This document shows, piece after piece, positions 59,271 to 64,000 of a stretch of 64,000 bases of DNA (positions are counted from its first letter, which is position 1; every line of letters starts with the position of its first letter). This DNA is from Mustelus asterias (Eukaryota): positions 744,001 to 808,000 of the forward strand of contig NW_027590151.1 of the NCBI RefSeq assembly GCF_964213995.1. Direction: 5' to 3'. The position numbers and the translations under genes were made by a program. A model generated the notes under the pieces. The model searched no databases. It was not told the DNA's origin and was given only the letters and a program-made list of their open reading frames with translations.

Positions 59271-62200
59271 TGTTGACGGTGCTCCCACTGCAGTCCTGTG
59301 ATGAAAATATAGACTGGTTGGTGAAATGTAGATAACAGGTAGAATTGATATCTAATGAGGACTTTATACTTTAGAATTGAATACAGGGCTCATTGTTACT
59401 AACGGGTAAAGAAGGGTTAAAACCCTGACCCAGAACCCTTTTCACACACACGTGGACATCTCTGAATCTGACGCACACCAAATGGAACGTTACACAAGGG
59501 GCTGGAATTCACTGGAATTTCTTAACAACCTTTCAATAGAAATGTCCTGGTACCGACTGTGACAAAGGACACAACAGACAGCAAGAACCAGGAGGAACCT
59601 TTAACCCAGAGAATGTTAATCACCTTGTTCAGGACACCAGTGCCAGGCACAGGAGGATCCCAGGAAAAACGGAACATTTAATTTCTGTCTGTTTCACAAT
59701 TCTAAATGACTGATTCTTTAACATAGGAATGTTTAAAAACAGCATTGTGATATTCCAAGGTCAGTGTGTCTGGGAAAGGGGCACACTGATGTGTTTTTAT
59801 TTTAAACAGGATCCATTGAAAAGCAGCTCTGGACGATACGAGCACCTCCTGACCGACTTTCAATTCATTTCAAATCACCCATCACTTTCCGTGGAATATT
59901 CTTTATTCTTTCCTGGGATGTGGACACTGCTGGCAAAGCCCCAGCACACGTTGCTCAGCTCCTAATTGCCCCTGAACGGAGTGACTTGCTCGGCCATTTC
60001 AGAGGGACAGTTAAGAATCACCCACATCGCTGTGTGGGTCTGGATTCACATGTAGGCCAGACCGGGTAAGGATGGTAGATTTCCCTCCCTAATAGGAGCA
60101 TTAATAGGGTGAACTGGATGGGTTTTTACAACAGTCGATAGTTTCATGGTCACCGTTACTGAGACTAACTTTATATAATTCCAGATTGATTCACTGAATT
60201 CAAATCCCACCAGCTGCCTGTCCCCAGATCCTTTCCTGGATCTCTGCATTACTCGACCAGTGACATTCCCACCACCTCCCCCTGAATGGAATATTCCACA
60301 ACCCCTTAGTTAAACGGGAAGGAGAAAAGAGAAAGGCTTTGACCTTTGGCTGACCTCATCACCAACTACAGAAACCTTAAAGCTGACCATTCTGTAAAAG
60401 TTTATAAACTTTATTTTTATAAAACAGAGTGAGAAACAGGTGAAAAGTAACGATGGACATTCCGACTGACATCAGAAACATTGATTGACCGGATAAACAC
60501 TCACTGCATCACAGAGCGATCCTCAACCATTAAAGAATTGACCCACAATAAGGAATGAGAGAGCCTTATAAAAAGGGGCAGGAGTTTACACAGAGAGGTG
60601 ACACCCACAGCTGCTCAGGATAATGGAATTCAGTTCAGGAAGGGGATAAAGTGAGAAGCTTTTGTGATTCAAGGTAGAAGTATTGAACAATCTGGAATCA
60701 GTGCTTCTCGAGTTTGCTGACTGGCCGAACACTTCAATTAATCTCATCATAAAAACTCCCAATGTAAATAACATGGATTTGACTGACAAATGTTGAAGTG
60801 TTGATTTAGACCCACAAGTTTCAACTTCCCATTTGAGCCTGGGGTACCTTTCTGTCTCTGTTGCTCGTGTCAATGACAGCCAGGCGATGGAGCTGAGGGC
60901 AGCATTTAGCTGAGAATAGCGGGGCCTGCACCCCAGTTGGGAAACTGCCCTGGGGGTCGCACTAATACAGAGACAGGAAGGTACTGGAGAACTGACTGGG
61001 AAATGGGCCTCCAACCAATCAAGGCACCAGAGGAGGTGACCAGGGCTGATGGTGACCCCCCAGGGTTCAGTGTCCCTGTGTCCAAAGCGGGGAGTCACAG
61101 GAACAGGGGACAGAGCAGCTGAAGAGAAACCATTTGTGTCCAGAACATTGTGAACATCCTTTTACTCTGGTTGTCTTTGATCCTCAAGTCATTTTCTGTT
61201 TGTTTTAACCATGTTCTGTTTCATTAATAAACTTTTATCAGTAAAAATATTTGATTGTACTGGACTTTTCCTGATGAGATTGATGCACTTTAGGGAAAGT
61301 GGGTGAGAGGGGTTGGCAGGCTCTTTAACAGAAAGTGAGTCCCTCTAAGGTAATTGGCAAAGGAGCCAGAGAGGGAGATGAGACTTTATTATTTGAAACA
61401 GCGATGTTAGAAAATGGGGTTCAGGGAGTCAATTAATCCTTTCTCCCCTTTTCCCAAACTCTGAAATGATTGCCAGTGATAACCCTTATTGGTGACAGTG
61501 GTTAGATTTTATTCAGTATCAATAAGAGCTGACACAGGCTAATGTCTGAGCAGTCGTATCAAAGTGCAGCAGCATTACCATTACACTTTGGGTAGAAGCA
61601 GCATCTCCACGGAAACGCTCCCTGCTCTGCCCCAGATGCCATGGCACCAGTCAATGCAATATGTAAAACCTCGACTAATCTCTGTGCTCGGGGAATCCCT
61701 TCTCATACTTTTTTACATCACAATGTCTATGGAGACTGATTTAACCCAATCATTGCCCAGCTAACATTTGAACGGACCAATTACAAAACCTGTCATTGAA
61801 CCATCTGTACCCGCACAAGCCACGTCAAACTCTCAAACAATTGTCTTCCCACGCTCCGTCCCTGGTACAGGGAGTCAGCATTCCCATGCCAAACAGTGAA
61901 AACATGATGGCCTTGACACCCTGGTGTCATCCAGGATTCAAGGCACTCTTGTTTTCTCTGTCCTCCGGGAGCTGTTTATCTCCCTGCTCCCACACAGCAA
62001 GTTGTCTGTTCTCAGCTCTGCTGGATTTCTGCTGAAGTTTGGCCCCTTTTACACCTTTCAGATCAATAAAACATTTGGTCAATGAAGATCCAAACCACAA
62101 TTTCCCATCCTGTCACCTGTCAACCATCCTTACCTAGAGTGTAATCACAACAGGAATAAAAACAGGAGAAGTGTAACAATCAAATTCAAAATCAATACAC

Positions 62201-62883
62201 AGCCAGTCAGAGAATTTAATGTTCACTAATTAGCAAGAAAACCCAAAGTAGGGGGTCCCCCAGGATTCTTACAGTCCACACCTTGAGGGGGAGGAGAACT
62301 CTCTCTCTGACCCCTCACTCAACTTCACTCCGTTATTTTCCAGTTCTGTTTTGGCCCCGCCTGGGGTAACATCTACTCGATCTTTCCTACTCCTGAAGGA
62401 GCATCGTGAGTTCTAGGTTACTCGTACATAAGGACAGATGCTTCAAGCAACAGATCAAGCATGGATGTAAAAGATTCTCCAGCTCTCTCTTTACCCCTAT
62501 CCAAGTTGTGGACAGTTCTTACTCTGTATTATTTCTCCCAATCCCTTAATTGTCTCAATCTATAATATTACGCATTTTATTTTAATTTTCCTCACTTTGT
62601 GTCCCTGTGCAGTGTGTTTAATTGGATCCTGATTGTTTTGAACTCAGTTTCTCTCTGGAGTGTGTGTCAATGCGTTGATGATGTCACAATGTTGTCTCAA
62701 TCCCCTGGCCACATGAACCATTTCATCTCCTGCTGTGTCTCAAGTAGCTGTGTGTGTTTGGGACCCGCTCTTCACTCCATCTCACCATGAATTTAGGCTT
62801 GCTATTTTTCACATGTAACAAATCACATCTGTACACTCACTCCAGTATCCCAAAATCATGTCACACATTCTTAACTCTCAGAT

Positions 62884-63233
62884 GTGGCACGGTAGCACAG
62901 TGGTTAGCACTGCTGCTTCACAGCTCCAGGGTCCCGGGTTTGATTCCCGGCTCGGGTCATTGTCTGTGTGGAGTTTGCACATTCTCCTCGTGTCTGCGTG
63001 GGTTTCCTCCGGGTGCTCCGGTTTCCTCCCACAGTCCAAAGATGTGCGGGTTAGGTTGATTGGCCAGGTGAAAAAAAATTGCCCCTTAGAGTCCTGGGAT
63101 GCGTAGGTTAGAGGGATTAGTGGGTAAAATATGTGGGGGTAGGGCCTGGGTGGGGTTGTGGTCGGTGCAGACTCGATGGGCCGAATGGCCTCCTTCTGCA
63201 CTGTAGAGTTTCTATGATTTCTATGATTTCTAA
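62884..63233 (+). mobile_element. Young full-length HE1-like SINE with (TTTCTATGA)n tail
   Basis: GGCACGGTAGCACAGTGGTTAG head through the CR1-like tail. Confidence 0.92.
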
Positions 63234-64000
63234 GATGTGCTCATGAAATGACCAAAGTGAGTGTCTGTCTTTCTTATCTCCCCCTGTTATGGTGCTGATA
63301 TTTCATGGAGTGGCCGGGCTTTCAAATGTGGATTTCCTTAAAACAAAGTTCATGAACAAAGATGTAAATATCACCAAGAGAAAGTGATCAACTTATTCAT
63401 CCCATCTACACATTCCAGACTTTTACTAGAGTGTGGGTGGATACCAGATTGATATATTCCATTCAACCACATCCAAGGTGAGTTATTCCAATTCCCTTAT
63501 TGTCCTGTTGTGATGTACTTCTTCCAACTAACCACAGGAGACCCAGGAACATGTTACAATAGTTTATTCATGCTTCAAGCCTGGAGGGAACTACCCCAGA
63601 GAAAGCTCTGGAAGATCACCCTCCTGTGATACAGCTCTCACAGCTCAAAGTCACAGCTCTGACACAGCTCTCGAACAGAGTAATCACAGAGACATCATTC
63701 TAATACAACTCTCAGCTCCAAGTCACAGATACAGACAGCTTACACAGTTATTCAATACACAGAACATTTAAAATTCCAATCTTGCCGACGTAGGCAGTTC
63801 TTAAACCTTCACTCAAACGTTTGTGAGAAAGTGGTCTGTTTTTCTAGAAAGTAAACAACCTTGCTGGCAAGTCTGCTGATGTCAGCACCTTGAGGTATTA
63901 GCAATTGATCAGCCTGTGATTTTACTCTAATGAGTGAGGGGTGAGAGAGTTAAATCTACCCACCCCCCACCCCCCACCAAATCCATTAATTCACTCTTAC

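Noticed and set aside
61400-62500. Possible retroviral env/gag remnant (also considered 190-900, 25050-25610 and 44100-44600)
   Set aside because: No recognisable motif or sustained frame by eye; left unannotated pending a translated search.
62884-62955. tRNA genes at SINE 5' ends
   Set aside because: The A/B boxes continue into SINE bodies and LINE-like tails; these are SINE heads.

Overview
Vertebrate genomic DNA, most likely a shark or other elasmobranch, judged from the HE1/V-SINE-type and CR1 repeats. The window is a dense cluster of finger-only C2H2 zinc-finger (ZNF) genes. There are six ORFs with an ATG (7-24 finger units), two intact finger arrays that have lost the ATG, one frameshifted pseudogene and one truncated remnant. 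The units share paralogous CpG-rich promoter modules (NRF1, YY1, CCAAT and GC motifs plus a family-specific palindrome), often head-to-head, and a shared splice-acceptor block. Most also have a 5' leader made of fossil fingers. Between the genes lie CR1, L2 and Rex1/Babar LINE pieces, two tRNA-derived SINE families, Penelope-like elements carrying minimal hammerhead ribozymes, a solo LTR and two minisatellites. The most unusual item is a ~330-bp retroposed element with two U2-snRNA-derived heads, an A-tail, a TSD and an A-to-G (ADAR-like) signature (17243-17575). All comparisons were made by eye; repeat boundaries are approximate (about 10-30 bp).
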